From Candidatus Flexifilum breve (GTDB lineage Bacteria; Chloroflexota; Anaerolineae; Aggregatilineales; Phototrophicaceae), in the NCBI GenBank assembly GCA_016717205.1, contig JADKGC010000011.1, positions 217,953 to 281,952 of the forward strand: DNA of 64,000 nt, written 5' to 3'. The notes beneath the pieces were generated by a model. The model saw nothing but the letters and a program-made list of their open reading frames with translations. It was not told where the DNA came from and made no database searches. Every line of letters begins with the position of its first letter. Positions within the stretch are counted from its first letter, which is position 1. The translations under genes were made by a program, and so were the position numbers. This document shows positions 20,291 through 30,616 of the stretch, piece after piece.

Positions 20291-20977
20291 CTAGCCGCGC
20301 AGTTCGCAGTCTCCGGCAGTCGCGCCGCGTGTGCCGCAGTAGAGTTGGCGACCGTCGGGCAGCGTCACCATACCGCTGTAGAACACACCGCCCATCACAA
20401 TTGGCTCGGAGCGTGGAATGGTCGCGTGGTAGCGTTCTGGCGCGCCGACCGCCACCCCTAAACTGGCGCGCATCTCCGGATAGTAGTCCCAGACGCGACC
20501 AAACGGATCGACGGGCGCGGCGGCGGGAACCGGCGGCAGTCCGGCGAATTCGACGCAGTAGTGATACGCGCCCATGTCCAAACTGTAGAGTGCCTCTGGA
20601 ATGATAATCCCATCAGCGAAGGCGTAAAGGCAGTTTTGTCCCTCGATAACCACCATGAAACCCTGTTCAAACGCTTGATACACGCCCGTCATCGGCGTCA
20701 GGGTGTAGGTGGGAATCGGCGGCGCATAAGTGATCTCCGGGTAGGGCGGCAGGGGATCGCTTCCGGTCGGCGCGGGCGTAATCGGCAGCATCTCGGACGT
20801 GATGACGAGCGTCGCCGATGGCAGCGGCGTGAACGTTGGGACGCCCGAAGTTGGCGGGTAAGGCGTGTAGGTCGGCGTCATCGGTGGCACGGAGGGCGCG
20901 CCCGACGGAAGCAGCAGATCCGTCAGCGCGCAGCCCATGAGCAGAAACAAGGCCAGCCCAGCGGCGAGTGTTTTCAT
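20291..20977 (-). CDS. Pro/Thr-rich lipoprotein
   Basis: Lipobox LLMGC; YQAFEQGFM and FGRVW motifs. Confidence 0.75.
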   Translation of the reverse strand: MKTLAAGLALFLLMGCALTDLLLPSGAPSVPPMTPTYTPYPPTSGVPTFTPLPSATLVITSEMLPITPAPTGSDPLPPYPEITYAPPIPTYTLTPMTGVYQAFEQGFMVVIEGQNCLYAFADGIIIPEALYSLDMGAYHYCVEFAGLPPVPAAAPVDPFGRVWDYYPEMRASLGVAVGAPERYHATIPRSEPIVMGGVFYSGMVTLPDGRQLYCGTRGATAGDCELRG

Positions 20978-20981
20978 CACG

Positions 20982-22046
20982 CTACTGCACCGCTTCGGTG
21001 ACGACATAGTACTCACTGCTCGCGGCGGGGTCAAAGCCGCCGGAATAGATCGCCAGCGCCCGCAGTGTCCCTTGTGCGCCGGAGGGCACAGTCCATACGG
21101 CCTGCGCGCCATCGCCGAGGTTGTAATCGGTGCCGAGCAGCGTGCCGCTCGTTTGCCCCGGTGGGATGAGGTAGAACTCCACGCGGAGCGTCTCTGACGG
21201 GAAGGTCGCCGCCCAGTTGATGGTCACCGTTTGCCCCGTCTGGACTACATAGGTGTTGTTGTTCAGGCCGAGGTTGGGCACGACATCCAGCAGCGTCCCA
21301 CCGACGATCACCGGCGGGCTGACGACTGCGCCTGCGTAGATCAACGTCCCGGCAATCGTCCCGCCAACCACGCCGCTGCCATAGTAGGCGAGCGCGGTCA
21401 CATAACCGTTCAGGCCGCGCGGCACGAAGAAGTTGATCGAGATGCCATCTGCCATGTAAGTATCCGACCCGATCAGCGTGGGCGTCGTGCCGGTCCCGGT
21501 CGGCGTGAGGAAGAAATCGACGCGGGTGAAGGTGCGGGCGGGCGTGATCTGCCAGACGAGCGCGATGTTCGTATCGGGCAGAACTTCATACTGCCCATTG
21601 TAGATGCGCACATACGGGCTGGGCACGACGATGCCCGCATTCTGATTCCCCGGCACGGTTGGCGTGATGACGGGCAGCAGCACGGGCACGCGCAGGACCT
21701 GCCCGGCGTAGATCAGGTTTGGGTTGGCAAGGCAGTTGGCATTCGCCAACACTGCCGCGGTCGTGCCGGAACGCGTGGCAATGCGCCCCAGCGTTTCGCC
21801 GGGGTAGACGATATACGCGAACCAATCGGTGCGGATAACGCAGTTGGGGCGCAGCACGGCGGTCGGTGCGGTGGTGGCGGTAGCGGCGGGTTGGGTGGTG
21901 GGTGTGGTGGCGGTGCTTGTGCGCGCGTCGATGAATACCGGCGCTTGGGAAGGTTCAGTGGTCGGTGTGGCGGTCGGCGGAGGTGTTCCCAGCGTACAAC
22001 TGATGACCAGTAACGCAAATGCGAGGAGTGGTAGCAGTCTCCTCAT
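20982..22046 (-). CDS. LysM-domain lipoprotein with two Ig-like repeats
   Basis: Lipobox VISC; LysM YIVYPGETLGRIA..NPNLIYAGQVLRVP; repeated RV(D/E)F(F/Y)L.P.G..L.G.D. Confidence 0.88.
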   Translation of the reverse strand: MRRLLPLLAFALLVISCTLGTPPPTATPTTEPSQAPVFIDARTSTATTPTTQPAATATTAPTAVLRPNCVIRTDWFAYIVYPGETLGRIATRSGTTAAVLANANCLANPNLIYAGQVLRVPVLLPVITPTVPGNQNAGIVVPSPYVRIYNGQYEVLPDTNIALVWQITPARTFTRVDFFLTPTGTGTTPTLIGSDTYMADGISINFFVPRGLNGYVTALAYYGSGVVGGTIAGTLIYAGAVVSPPVIVGGTLLDVVPNLGLNNNTYVVQTGQTVTINWAATFPSETLRVEFYLIPPGQTSGTLLGTDYNLGDGAQAVWTVPSGAQGTLRALAIYSGGFDPAASSEYYVVTEAVQ

Positions 22047-22158
22047 GATGTCCCCCTGATTGTACAAGTCTGTTATACATACGCGCCGAAACCCGTAAAA
22101 GTGCCATACGACTCCCCTACGCAATCCCGACGCGGTATATCAGCCTGTAGAGGGACGC

Positions 22159-22383
22159 TTAATCCGAATCGCCCGCCCCGCGCATCCGTTCAGTCAGCAC
22201 AATGTAGTCTTCTTCGAGCGCAATCGGCGTGAACCACGCATTGATATACGCGCGTTGTTCTTCGTACGCTTCTGCCGGAATGGTGATCAAGCAGTGGCGG
22301 TCTTCGGTGGGCGCGACATCCGCGGGAATCCCGACGAGCTTCAGAAATTCGCGCAGGAGATTGATGTGTTCGGTATGAATCAT
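22159..22383 (-). CDS. Small hypothetical protein
   Basis: 74-aa ORF with protein-like composition filling the gap between genes. Confidence 0.65.
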   Translation of the reverse strand: MIHTEHINLLREFLKLVGIPADVAPTEDRHCLITIPAEAYEEQRAYINAWFTPIALEEDYIVLTERMRGAGDSD

Positions 22384-22499
22384 GCTGTTACCCGTCGATC
22401 TGCTTCACTACACTCTTAGTGTAGGGGCAGAAGCGTTGCGGAAGCCTCGACAAAGGTAAAGCTGATGTGAATTTCTTCCCAAGAACGTACAGAGAATGG

Positions 22500-23027
22500 C
22501 TAATCGTGCGTGAAAAGTATCGCCATCACATGTGCGTCTAAGAATTTATTGTCTTTGTAATACGCCTCCTTACGGATTCCTTCATGCTTGAAACCCATTT
22601 TTTCGTAGACATGAATAGCGCGGGCGTTGTGCGTGAACACATTGAGCTCCAATCGGCGGATGATCGGGTTAGCCTGACACCATGCGATGATAATCTCCAA
22701 GAGGGCCGTGCCAATGCCGCGATCCCGCCAGCCCTGCGCCACGCTGATGCCGATGCCGACCGTATGCATGAGCACGCGCGGTCCGCCGGTCACGTTGGCA
22801 CTGGCGATGATCTCGTCGTCCAGCGTCACGGCGACCAACCACATGCTGTTCTCTGCCTCCTGATGCTTCCGTAAGATTTCCCGCTCGTCTTCGACGGTGT
22901 AGTTGAATTCGGCAGCTGACGAGTAGGTGATGCCGTTGTCGGGCTCATCTGCCAGGGTCTTCATATAGGCGATGAGGGATGCGGCATCGTCGGGGGTAGC
23001 TTCGCGGATGAAATAATCAAGAGTCAT
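22500..23027 (-). CDS. GNAT N-acetyltransferase (RimJ/RimL-like)
   Basis: GISV..WRDRGIG, NARAIHVYEKMGF..EG. Confidence 0.92.
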   Translation of the reverse strand: MTLDYFIREATPDDAASLIAYMKTLADEPDNGITYSSAAEFNYTVEDEREILRKHQEAENSMWLVAVTLDDEIIASANVTGGPRVLMHTVGIGISVAQGWRDRGIGTALLEIIIAWCQANPIIRRLELNVFTHNARAIHVYEKMGFKHEGIRKEAYYKDNKFLDAHVMAILFTHD

Positions 23028-23445
23028 GCGGCGACTCCAAATACGAGATCCAGATGCACTTCACAGTGTACAGCGAAAACGGAGTCTGCGCGGGCGTCAG
23101 CGTCCGCAACTGGGCGCAATGCCGACTCCGAGCCATTCACCCCTGCAGCCCATGTCAGCGCCGCCCTATCCGCACCCAACCCCAGCGCGAACGTTCGCTT
23201 GGTTGTTCAACTGTCGCCGTTTGCTGGTGCGTCACGAACACTACTGTATTGTTTCGACGGCTTTTGTCTCTTAGCCTGCATCCTGTTGTGCATGTCGCCG
23301 ATTCTGAAATATCCTCCTGCGTCGGCCTACAAAAACCGTTCTTATCGAGATAACTGTGTGCTTTTTGGACATCCTCTTTATCGCGTCCGCAAACCTCAGA
23401 AACGCCACTCAACAACCACTTTCAGGTTGTTCTTCGCACTTACCG

Positions 23446-24081
23446 CTACACCTTGCGCTTGGCCACGTAGATTTCGCCGTCGTCGTCCAGCACGTAGCGC
23501 GGCTCCTCTTCGACCAGTTCGAGGCGACTCGGGCGGCGCTTGCCTTTGGGGGAAGGCAGGATCAGCGTATTGAGCTTGTGCAGGTTGACCGCGCTGAAGT
23601 GGAGCGCCCGCACGCTGATCAGGCGCATGTCGATGGTGAGCGGCGCGAGGATCAGCACTTCGACGGCCAGCGGGATGAGAATCAGCATGCAGAGGGTGAA
23701 GGCGATCACGCTGATGGGCAGCTTGAGCAGCAGATAGATCAGGCTGCGCCACGTCACGCCGCTGCCGAGGTACATACCCAAGCGTTCGCCGAGATTCGCG
23801 CCGCGCGGGTCGATGTCGTCCCAGGTATCCGGCTCATCGTCAAGGCCGAGGATCGCCGCGTTGAGCTTGCGATCCATCGCCGCCAGCGTGCGCGTCCCCG
23901 CCAGCGTGAACAGCAGCAGCGGCAGGCCGATCAGGATGAGCGACAGGCTGCCGCCAACGCCGAAGCCCAGCGCCAGCAGCGTGATGTAGAACAGGCTGAA
24001 CCACAGACTGCCGAAGAGCGACACCCAGTCGCGTAGAATCTGCCCATCGGTGAGCGCGTCCATCCACGAACGTTGAGCCAT
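23446..24081 (-). CDS. Putative sensor-domain membrane protein without kinase domain
   Basis: LILIGLPLL, TWRSLIYLLLKLP pattern of the putative sensor family. Confidence 0.7.
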   Translation of the reverse strand: MAQRSWMDALTDGQILRDWVSLFGSLWFSLFYITLLALGFGVGGSLSLILIGLPLLLFTLAGTRTLAAMDRKLNAAILGLDDEPDTWDDIDPRGANLGERLGMYLGSGVTWRSLIYLLLKLPISVIAFTLCMLILIPLAVEVLILAPLTIDMRLISVRALHFSAVNLHKLNTLILPSPKGKRRPSRLELVEEEPRYVLDDDGEIYVAKRKV

Positions 24082-24149
24082 GTGCTGAATCCCCTCACTT
24101 GTTTGTCATGTATACGCACAAACGAGGAGCTTGGTTGCTCAGGTTTTCG

Positions 24150-25505
24150 TTACCCACACCCCGGTAGCGCGGTGAGGTCGATCCACCACAGACCGCCGTG
24201 CGCGCCCGTCGCCGCCAGCACGAGGCTCTGCTCGTCCGGCGCGATCCACCAATCAGCGCGTTCTTCCTGCGCCAGATCGAGTGGGAGCGGCGTTTGTGGG
24301 ATGAGGTCGCCCGTGTCGCGGTTGAAGCAGACCAGCTCCGCGCCATCATCCGTCTCCAGTGCGACGTACACGCGGTTGACCAGATCGCTCTCCGCCTCCA
24401 CCAGTGGGATCGGCGCGGGGAAGTTGTTCCCCGGCGGTTCGGCGTTGAACAGCAGCTCGAAGAAGTCGTTATTGGTCACGTACAGGAAGTAGCCGCGCTC
24501 GTCGTCAAAGGTCCCCGCGAGCACCACACGTCGACCATCAACGGACGCGCCCGGCACGATCTCCGAGAAGGGGTTGTTGCGCAGATCCGGGCTGATGCGG
24601 CGCGCTTCCACGTCGGCGGTGAAGAAGCCGACCGGATCACCATATGCGCCATAGTAGTAGGCGAGGAAGCGTTCTTCCGGCAGCCAGTGGACGCCTTGCA
24701 GCGTGCGGTTGTGCTGATCGTTGAAGAGCAGGCGGGCGAAACGACCATCCGGCGCGGCGGTGATCACGTCGTTGATCTCATCCTGAAAGATCAGGCGGTC
24801 GCCGTTGGGGGCAAAACGCAGCATTGACCGGGCGAAATCAGACTCATTGAGGCCGAGGCGTTCCGCGAGTTCCGGCGTCACATACTCGGCGGCGGGGTGC
24901 GCTTCCGGCATGACTTCCAGATCGGGCAAATTGACGCGGCCCCACGTCCACTCGGTGAACAGTTCGCTGGGGCAGCCGACGCCGAAGCGGAAGAACTCGC
25001 CGCTGGCATCCCATTCGACGGCGGCGATCTCTTCGTCGCTCAACCGGGTAATGCCGTTGATCGCTGCGGGGGGCGGCAGCGGCTCGACCGCTTCGCCTTC
25101 CACGATCACTTCGATGGTTTCGATCGATGCGTCGGCTTCGAATAGTTCCAGCGGGGCAGTAAACGGCTGGCGGTGATCGGGCTGCAAGGCGAAGTCGAGC
25201 GGCACACCGACGTTGCACTGGTTGACGAGGAAACCGTAACCCTCCGCGACCTGCGTCCCGCTGGCGTCAAACGCCTGCGCGGTGATGAACAGGTTCGCGT
25301 AGGCCTCTGCGCCTGCATTGACGATCTCGCCGACCGCTGTCAGCGTCGGCTGACCGAAGTCGCCGACGCCTTCGACCAACCGAACGTGGTCCGCGGTCAG
25401 GTCGCTGGTTTGCGCGGTGACGCCGCCGACCGCGATCAACAGGCTGGCGATGAGCAAACTCAGCAGGCGCGCAAAAAGGACGAGACCCGTCTCGCCCCTA
25501 CGCAT
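24150..25505 (-). CDS. Secreted protein with FxLYD-like N-terminal domain and beta-propeller-like C-terminus
   Basis: Signal-like LLSLLIASLLIAVGGVTAQ; GEIVN..AFDASG; start at MRRGETG is uncertain. Confidence 0.75.
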   Translation of the reverse strand: MRRGETGLVLFARLLSLLIASLLIAVGGVTAQTSDLTADHVRLVEGVGDFGQPTLTAVGEIVNAGAEAYANLFITAQAFDASGTQVAEGYGFLVNQCNVGVPLDFALQPDHRQPFTAPLELFEADASIETIEVIVEGEAVEPLPPPAAINGITRLSDEEIAAVEWDASGEFFRFGVGCPSELFTEWTWGRVNLPDLEVMPEAHPAAEYVTPELAERLGLNESDFARSMLRFAPNGDRLIFQDEINDVITAAPDGRFARLLFNDQHNRTLQGVHWLPEERFLAYYYGAYGDPVGFFTADVEARRISPDLRNNPFSEIVPGASVDGRRVVLAGTFDDERGYFLYVTNNDFFELLFNAEPPGNNFPAPIPLVEAESDLVNRVYVALETDDGAELVCFNRDTGDLIPQTPLPLDLAQEERADWWIAPDEQSLVLAATGAHGGLWWIDLTALPGCG

Positions 25506-25539
25506 GTGCTGCCGTAGGGACGAGGCACGCCTCGTCCTC
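25478..25539. repeat. GTAG REP doublet overlapping the start of the downstream gene
   Basis: aggacgagacccgtctcgcccctac and gtagggacgaggcacgcctcgtcct. Confidence 0.75.
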
Positions 25540-25563
25540 TCCAAGTCGAGATAGCTGCTTAGT

Positions 25564-26991
25564 TTAGAACAAATTCCACAGGAACTGATTCTGAACCTCA
25601 TGGTGATATTGGATCTCGGACGACTTAATCAGCGTCCCCAAACGGCGCGGGGACCGATCCGCCGCCGCTTCCTTGAGCGCCGCAAACTTGTCGCGCACGC
25701 CCTCGCCGAGGAGCTGAGCCGTATAGCTGCTGCTCGCGAAGCAGTCGATGGCATCGTAGATATTATCGGGCAGGATGGCCGATTGATCCAGCTGCGGGTT
25801 GATCGCGCCTTCAATGCCCGTGCGCAGGATGCTGTACAGCGCCAGATACGGGTTGGCATCCGGAGCGATGGAACGAACTTCCACGCGCGCCGACTTTTCG
25901 TTGCCGTAGGGGATACGCACCATCGAACCGCGGTCGACCGCCGAGGCCTTGATCTGGTTCGGCGCTTCGAAGTGCGGGTCGAGGCGGCGGTAGCTGTTCA
26001 CGCTCGAATTCAGCACGAGGCAGATGTCGAGGGCGCTGGAGAGCACGCTGTAGATGAAGTTCCAGCCGAACTCGGACAGCTTTTCGTTGCCGTTCGCGTC
26101 CCACATCAGGTTCTTGCCGTTCTGCGAGACGGACAGGTTGGTGTGCATACCGTTGCCGTTCACACCGGTGATCGGCTTGGGCAGGAAGCACGCGGTCATG
26201 TCGTTCTGGCGCGCGACCTGACGGCAGATCAGCTTGTACAACTGTACCTGATCAGCGGCGACTGCGGCTTCGGTGTACGAGTAGTTGATTTCAAACTGCG
26301 ACGGCGCAACTTCCGGGTGATCCTTTTCGTTGGCGAAACCCATCGCGCGCTGCGCTTCCGCCACTACGTCGATGAACGTGCGGAGGGGGTCGCCGGGCAG
26401 CGAGTGGTAGTACCCGCCGGTGGTCACAATTTCGAATTTGCCCGTGTTGACATATTCCTGTTCGGCATTCTTGCCCTTGAACAGGAAGCCTTCGATTTCG
26501 TTCGAGGCATTACAGACCATGCCCTTGGTGTCGTACAGGTGCTTCATGTAGGCCTTGAGCGTGGCGCGCATATCGGCGGGGTAGGGTTCGCCCGTGCGTT
26601 CCAGCACTTCACCGAAGACGAGCACTTTGCCCGGCCCGAAGATGTCGGCGGGCAGCCAGTAGAACGCCGGCCAGTCGATTTCCAGACGCAGATCCGATTC
26701 CGCCTGTGCCGAGAAACCGCGTACCGACGAACCGTCGAATGTCAGGTTATCCCACGACTTGAGCAGGAACTTTTTGTCATAATCCAACATGTGCAGGCGA
26801 CCTTCGAGGTCGGTGAAGCACACCGTCACCGCTTTGATGCGCTTTTCGTCAGCCAGATACTTCAGGCGTTCGTCGCGAATCTGTTCGGTCGGGACGCGAT
26901 CTAGACGCTGTTTCTTGGCGGCAAGGTTAAGCGCCTCAAGTTCGTCATACGGGATTTCGAGAAAGTCACGCAGTGTCATGGGATCAAGCAT
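25564..26991 (-). CDS. glnA: Glutamine synthetase type I family protein
   Basis: FDGSS, HPEVAPSQFEIN, KPITGVNGNGMHTN, NSYRRL..FEAP, RVEVRS.PDANPYL. Confidence 0.88.
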   Translation of the reverse strand: MLDPMTLRDFLEIPYDELEALNLAAKKQRLDRVPTEQIRDERLKYLADEKRIKAVTVCFTDLEGRLHMLDYDKKFLLKSWDNLTFDGSSVRGFSAQAESDLRLEIDWPAFYWLPADIFGPGKVLVFGEVLERTGEPYPADMRATLKAYMKHLYDTKGMVCNASNEIEGFLFKGKNAEQEYVNTGKFEIVTTGGYYHSLPGDPLRTFIDVVAEAQRAMGFANEKDHPEVAPSQFEINYSYTEAAVAADQVQLYKLICRQVARQNDMTACFLPKPITGVNGNGMHTNLSVSQNGKNLMWDANGNEKLSEFGWNFIYSVLSSALDICLVLNSSVNSYRRLDPHFEAPNQIKASAVDRGSMVRIPYGNEKSARVEVRSIAPDANPYLALYSILRTGIEGAINPQLDQSAILPDNIYDAIDCFASSSYTAQLLGEGVRDKFAALKEAAADRSPRRLGTLIKSSEIQYHHEVQNQFLWNLF

Positions 26992-27100
26992 CCTGTTGAT
27001 TGTTAACTAAAGACGCCGCATCTTAGCATGTTTCCACAAAGGCCAAACAGGGGGTTTTCGCCAAATTTCGCCAGTGGTTTTTGTCACAATTTCACAAAAG

Positions 27101-28156
27101 CTAAGATCCCTGCACCCGGGCTAAGGCTTCCGCCGCCAGCGTGAAGTTCTCATTCCGCCAAACTGCTACCTGATAATTGTTCGCGGCTCGTGAAAAATCA
27201 CCAAGTGCCTCTGCTGCCAGCCCGACATAGTAGTAGACTTCTTCGACGCCCTCGGTCGTAGCGATCACTTCCTGCGCCAGCGCGATCATGTCGTCGTAGC
27301 GCCCGACGTTGTAGTAGGCCTGAAATGCGCCGTACTGATACCAGAACATACGCCACGGCAGCCCATTTTGCCGCGCTTGATCGAAGTAGTCGGCGGCTTC
27401 TTCGTAGCGACCGAGCACCACCAGCGACGACCCCATATTGAACAAAGTGAACGAATCGTAGGTCCCGCTGTCCAGTTCAGCCTGCGACTGCGCCAGCGCG
27501 AATTCGGCGTTGGCCGCTGCATCCCACTGATCGCCGAGCACCTGCATTACGCGCGCTTCCTCTTCGGGGCGATACAGCACGAGATAATCGCGGTTAAAGG
27601 TGCGCCAGCGTTCATCAATATCGGCATACGGAATCGGTCGCCCGACCTGCCCCTCGCCCGCGCCCAGCAGCGGATCGTAGGTGAGCAGCACCTGCTGCGC
27701 GTCGTCATAACCCATGACCACGCGGTTATGCCCCATCCAATCGTTGAAGCCGCCTGCGCCGTCAAAGTACGAATTCTCGATCAGCACCGGGAAGCCGTTG
27801 GCGACCAGCGCCTTGAGCATGTCCAGCGTGCCGCCGATGCGTTCGACGCCCTTGAGGTCGTAGTCTTCGGCAAAGCGGATCATTTCGTCAAAGCGCACGG
27901 CGACATCGTCGATATTCGGGTTGAGGTCGCGCACCGCCGCGTCATAGACGTACGGGCCAAAATAAGAAATCTGGATGGAGAGCGCCGCCGCCGAACAGCG
28001 GTTGATGTCTTGCCAGACCAGCGTCAAGCCGTCCAAACGGGCGCTGGCGGGCAGGGACGCGATAGCGGTCGGCTCGGGAGTCGCCTCCTGCGCGTGCACG
28101 GTCAGGGCGAAGGCGGAGATCAACGCGATCAAGAGGATCAAGCGTGCCAATTTCAT
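27101..28156 (-). CDS. Secreted C39-like peptidase domain plus TPR protein
   Basis: Signal peptide; Q..NRC, GHNRVVMGYDD..YDP; C-terminal TPRs. Confidence 0.85.
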   Translation of the reverse strand: MKLARLILLIALISAFALTVHAQEATPEPTAIASLPASARLDGLTLVWQDINRCSAAALSIQISYFGPYVYDAAVRDLNPNIDDVAVRFDEMIRFAEDYDLKGVERIGGTLDMLKALVANGFPVLIENSYFDGAGGFNDWMGHNRVVMGYDDAQQVLLTYDPLLGAGEGQVGRPIPYADIDERWRTFNRDYLVLYRPEEEARVMQVLGDQWDAAANAEFALAQSQAELDSGTYDSFTLFNMGSSLVVLGRYEEAADYFDQARQNGLPWRMFWYQYGAFQAYYNVGRYDDMIALAQEVIATTEGVEEVYYYVGLAAEALGDFSRAANNYQVAVWRNENFTLAAEALARVQGS

Positions 28157-28338
28157 AAGTGCCTCATCACTGCATGTTTGCAACCGACGTCATTTTAGCC
28201 GATCATGCGCCGATTGGAAGTTATGGCTTGGTGAACAGAGGCTGATCGCAGGCTGAAAACAGTGGGACGCACGCCGAAATCCACCCACGCATCCCCCTCA
28301 CCGAGACGCGCGGGTGAAGCTTTTGACACTGGCTGGGG

Positions 28339-29142
28339 TTAACTCAGGGGCGCATCCAGGAAATTGACGATCATCGGCGTCAGCAGTTCCAGCCGCGTCA
28401 GGATATCGGTGTGGCGCGCGCCGGGGATCATGGCGAGCTGCGACTTCGGCAGCGGACGAAAATCGGCATTGATGTCCCCGCCCAACAACCGGAACATCTC
28501 GATCACGTGATTGAGATCGATGCCATCCGAGTCGCCGATGATGGTGAGGGTGGGTGATGTGAGCGCCTGAATCGTCGCGGCGGACACGACAGAATGGGAC
28601 GCCGTATCAAGCTGCACGATCTTGGTCACGAGTGCCGGGAAGTCCTCCGGATGCGGGGCGAAACGCTGGTAGTCCGCTTCGATGGGGCTGCCCACGAACA
28701 GTTCCGGCGTGAGTGAGGCGATAGCCGTCAGCACACCTGCGCGCCAGCCCGACGGCAGCAAGGGCGCAGACAGGATCACCAACTTGTCGACGACTTGCGG
28801 ATGCCGCACGGCGACTTCCAGCGCGGTCGTGGCGCCCATGGAATAGCCGAGAATATCGGCCTGCGGGATCTTCAGCGCGCCCAGCAGCGCGGCGACATCG
28901 TCGGCCATCTGCTCGAAGGTCAGCGGACGGTCGGCGCGGTCAGCGGTGCGTCCGTGCCCTTGCGCATCCACGGCGATCACCTGCCGCGTCTGCGCCAGAC
29001 TGGTGATGAGGCCGCCCATCGAGATGGTACTCATGAATGCCCCGTGCAGCACTACCAGCGGTTTGCCGGTACCGTGCAGCTCATAATACATGTTCAGACC
29101 ATCGATCGGAGCATAACCGGTTTGAGGAGCTGCCGAAGTCAT
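28339..29142 (-). CDS. Alpha/beta hydrolase
   Basis: LHG, DAQGHGRT, GYSMG, GDSD, H near C-terminus. Confidence 0.9.
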   Translation of the reverse strand: MTSAAPQTGYAPIDGLNMYYELHGTGKPLVVLHGAFMSTISMGGLITSLAQTRQVIAVDAQGHGRTADRADRPLTFEQMADDVAALLGALKIPQADILGYSMGATTALEVAVRHPQVVDKLVILSAPLLPSGWRAGVLTAIASLTPELFVGSPIEADYQRFAPHPEDFPALVTKIVQLDTASHSVVSAATIQALTSPTLTIIGDSDGIDLNHVIEMFRLLGGDINADFRPLPKSQLAMIPGARHTDILTRLELLTPMIVNFLDAPLS

Positions 29143-29345
29143 TTCACGTTCTCCTGTTGGCGTCTTCTGCTTACGCAAGCCTACCTCTTCAATGATAAAA
29201 GGGGCGCAGACTGTGAATTCACGCATGAGCAGATGATGCCCGGCGCTCGGTCAGCCTGAGGGAGTAGGCCATCTATCACCTTGCGCCGTTGGAGTCATGG
29301 CGCTAGGATAGCGGGCGAACATTGGGCATAGACGAGGTTTTTCGA

Positions 29346-30596
29346 ATGCCACTTTTGAACACGGATGAACCGATTCCCGACCACCTGGCAGATACCGGAC
29401 GGGTGCAAACCGTCAGCGATATCTCCGCCTGGCGGCGCGTAGTCGGTTTCGTGTCGCTGCTCGGTGCGGCGGCTCTGACCGCGGCTACGGCGCTGCTTTT
29501 GCTGACGCCCGCGGACGTGCCCACACCGACGCCGAACACCGACGCAGCCACCGTTATCAGCCCGACGGCCACGACGTTTATCCCGCCCACCACCGACCCC
29601 GGTGCAAGCGGCGCGGAGACGATGATCGATGGCGGCGTGATTCCCACGCTCAGCCCGGAACAGGCGGCCATCTTCCTGAATGCGCCGCTGCAATCTTTGA
29701 CGACGGATCTCGGGTTGGAAGTCGTGCGCAACGACTACAACCCGTTCACCATTGCGCCGGAACGCCCCCGCAGCGAAGTCGTGCAGTACACGGTCGAATC
29801 CGGCGATACCATTTACGCCATCGCCGACCGCTTCGGCTTGAAGCCGGAGAGCGTCGCGTGGGCCAATTCGCGGGACATTATCGGCGGGCTGCGACCGGGA
29901 CGCGCGATCAACATCCCTCCGGTCGACGGCGCGTTCATCACCGTGAACAATGAACGGTCGATTGCGAGCATCGCGCAGGAATTCCGCGTCGATCCCTATG
30001 TGATCATCGACTCGGAGTTCAATGACTTTGGCACACTGACCAGCATCACGCCGGAAACGCTGCTGCCAAGCGGCACGCAGGTCATGATCCCCGGCGGCGA
30101 AGCGGAACAGATTAGCTGGAACCCGGTCGTCGAACGTTCCGGCGGGGATGCCAGCAACGGCAACGCGGGCGGCACGATCTCGTTTGCGCCCGGCGATCCT
30201 GGCTCGTGCGGCGCAGTCCCCAATCCCGGCGGCGGCGGTGGCTGGCTCAAGCCGATCGGCTCGTACTCGTGGACGCGCGGGTTCAGCTCATTCCACACGG
30301 GCGTCGATCTGGCCGCTGCAGAGGGCACACCCGTCTACGCATCCAACGGCGGCACGGTGATTTTCCGCGGCTGGAGCACATGGGGTTACGGCTACCTGAT
30401 CGTGCTGGCGCATGGGCCGTTCACATCGCTTTACGGCCACCTCTCGGCGATCAACGTCGGCTGCGGGCAGTATGTTAGCGCGGGGCAGTTCATCGGCGCG
30501 GTCGGCAATACAGGGAATTCGTCCGGGCCGCACCTGCACTTCGAACTGCGCTATAACGATGCCCCGTTCGACCCGACCTCGACCATGCCGTTCTAG
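29346..30596 (+). CDS. Membrane-anchored LysM/M23 peptidoglycan metalloendopeptidase
   Basis: LysM YTVESGDT; M23 HTGVD, YGHL, GPHLHFE. Confidence 0.92.
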   Translation: MPLLNTDEPIPDHLADTGRVQTVSDISAWRRVVGFVSLLGAAALTAATALLLLTPADVPTPTPNTDAATVISPTATTFIPPTTDPGASGAETMIDGGVIPTLSPEQAAIFLNAPLQSLTTDLGLEVVRNDYNPFTIAPERPRSEVVQYTVESGDTIYAIADRFGLKPESVAWANSRDIIGGLRPGRAINIPPVDGAFITVNNERSIASIAQEFRVDPYVIIDSEFNDFGTLTSITPETLLPSGTQVMIPGGEAEQISWNPVVERSGGDASNGNAGGTISFAPGDPGSCGAVPNPGGGGGWLKPIGSYSWTRGFSSFHTGVDLAAAEGTPVYASNGGTVIFRGWSTWGYGYLIVLAHGPFTSLYGHLSAINVGCGQYVSAGQFIGAVGNTGNSSGPHLHFELRYNDAPFDPTSTMPF

Positions 30597-30616
30597 GTGG
30601 CCGGGCGAAAACGACT

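Noticed and set aside
27075-27100. GlnR/Rex-type operator upstream of glnA (TTGTCAcaattTCACAA)
   Set aside because: The spacing does not fit either consensus; too weak to call.
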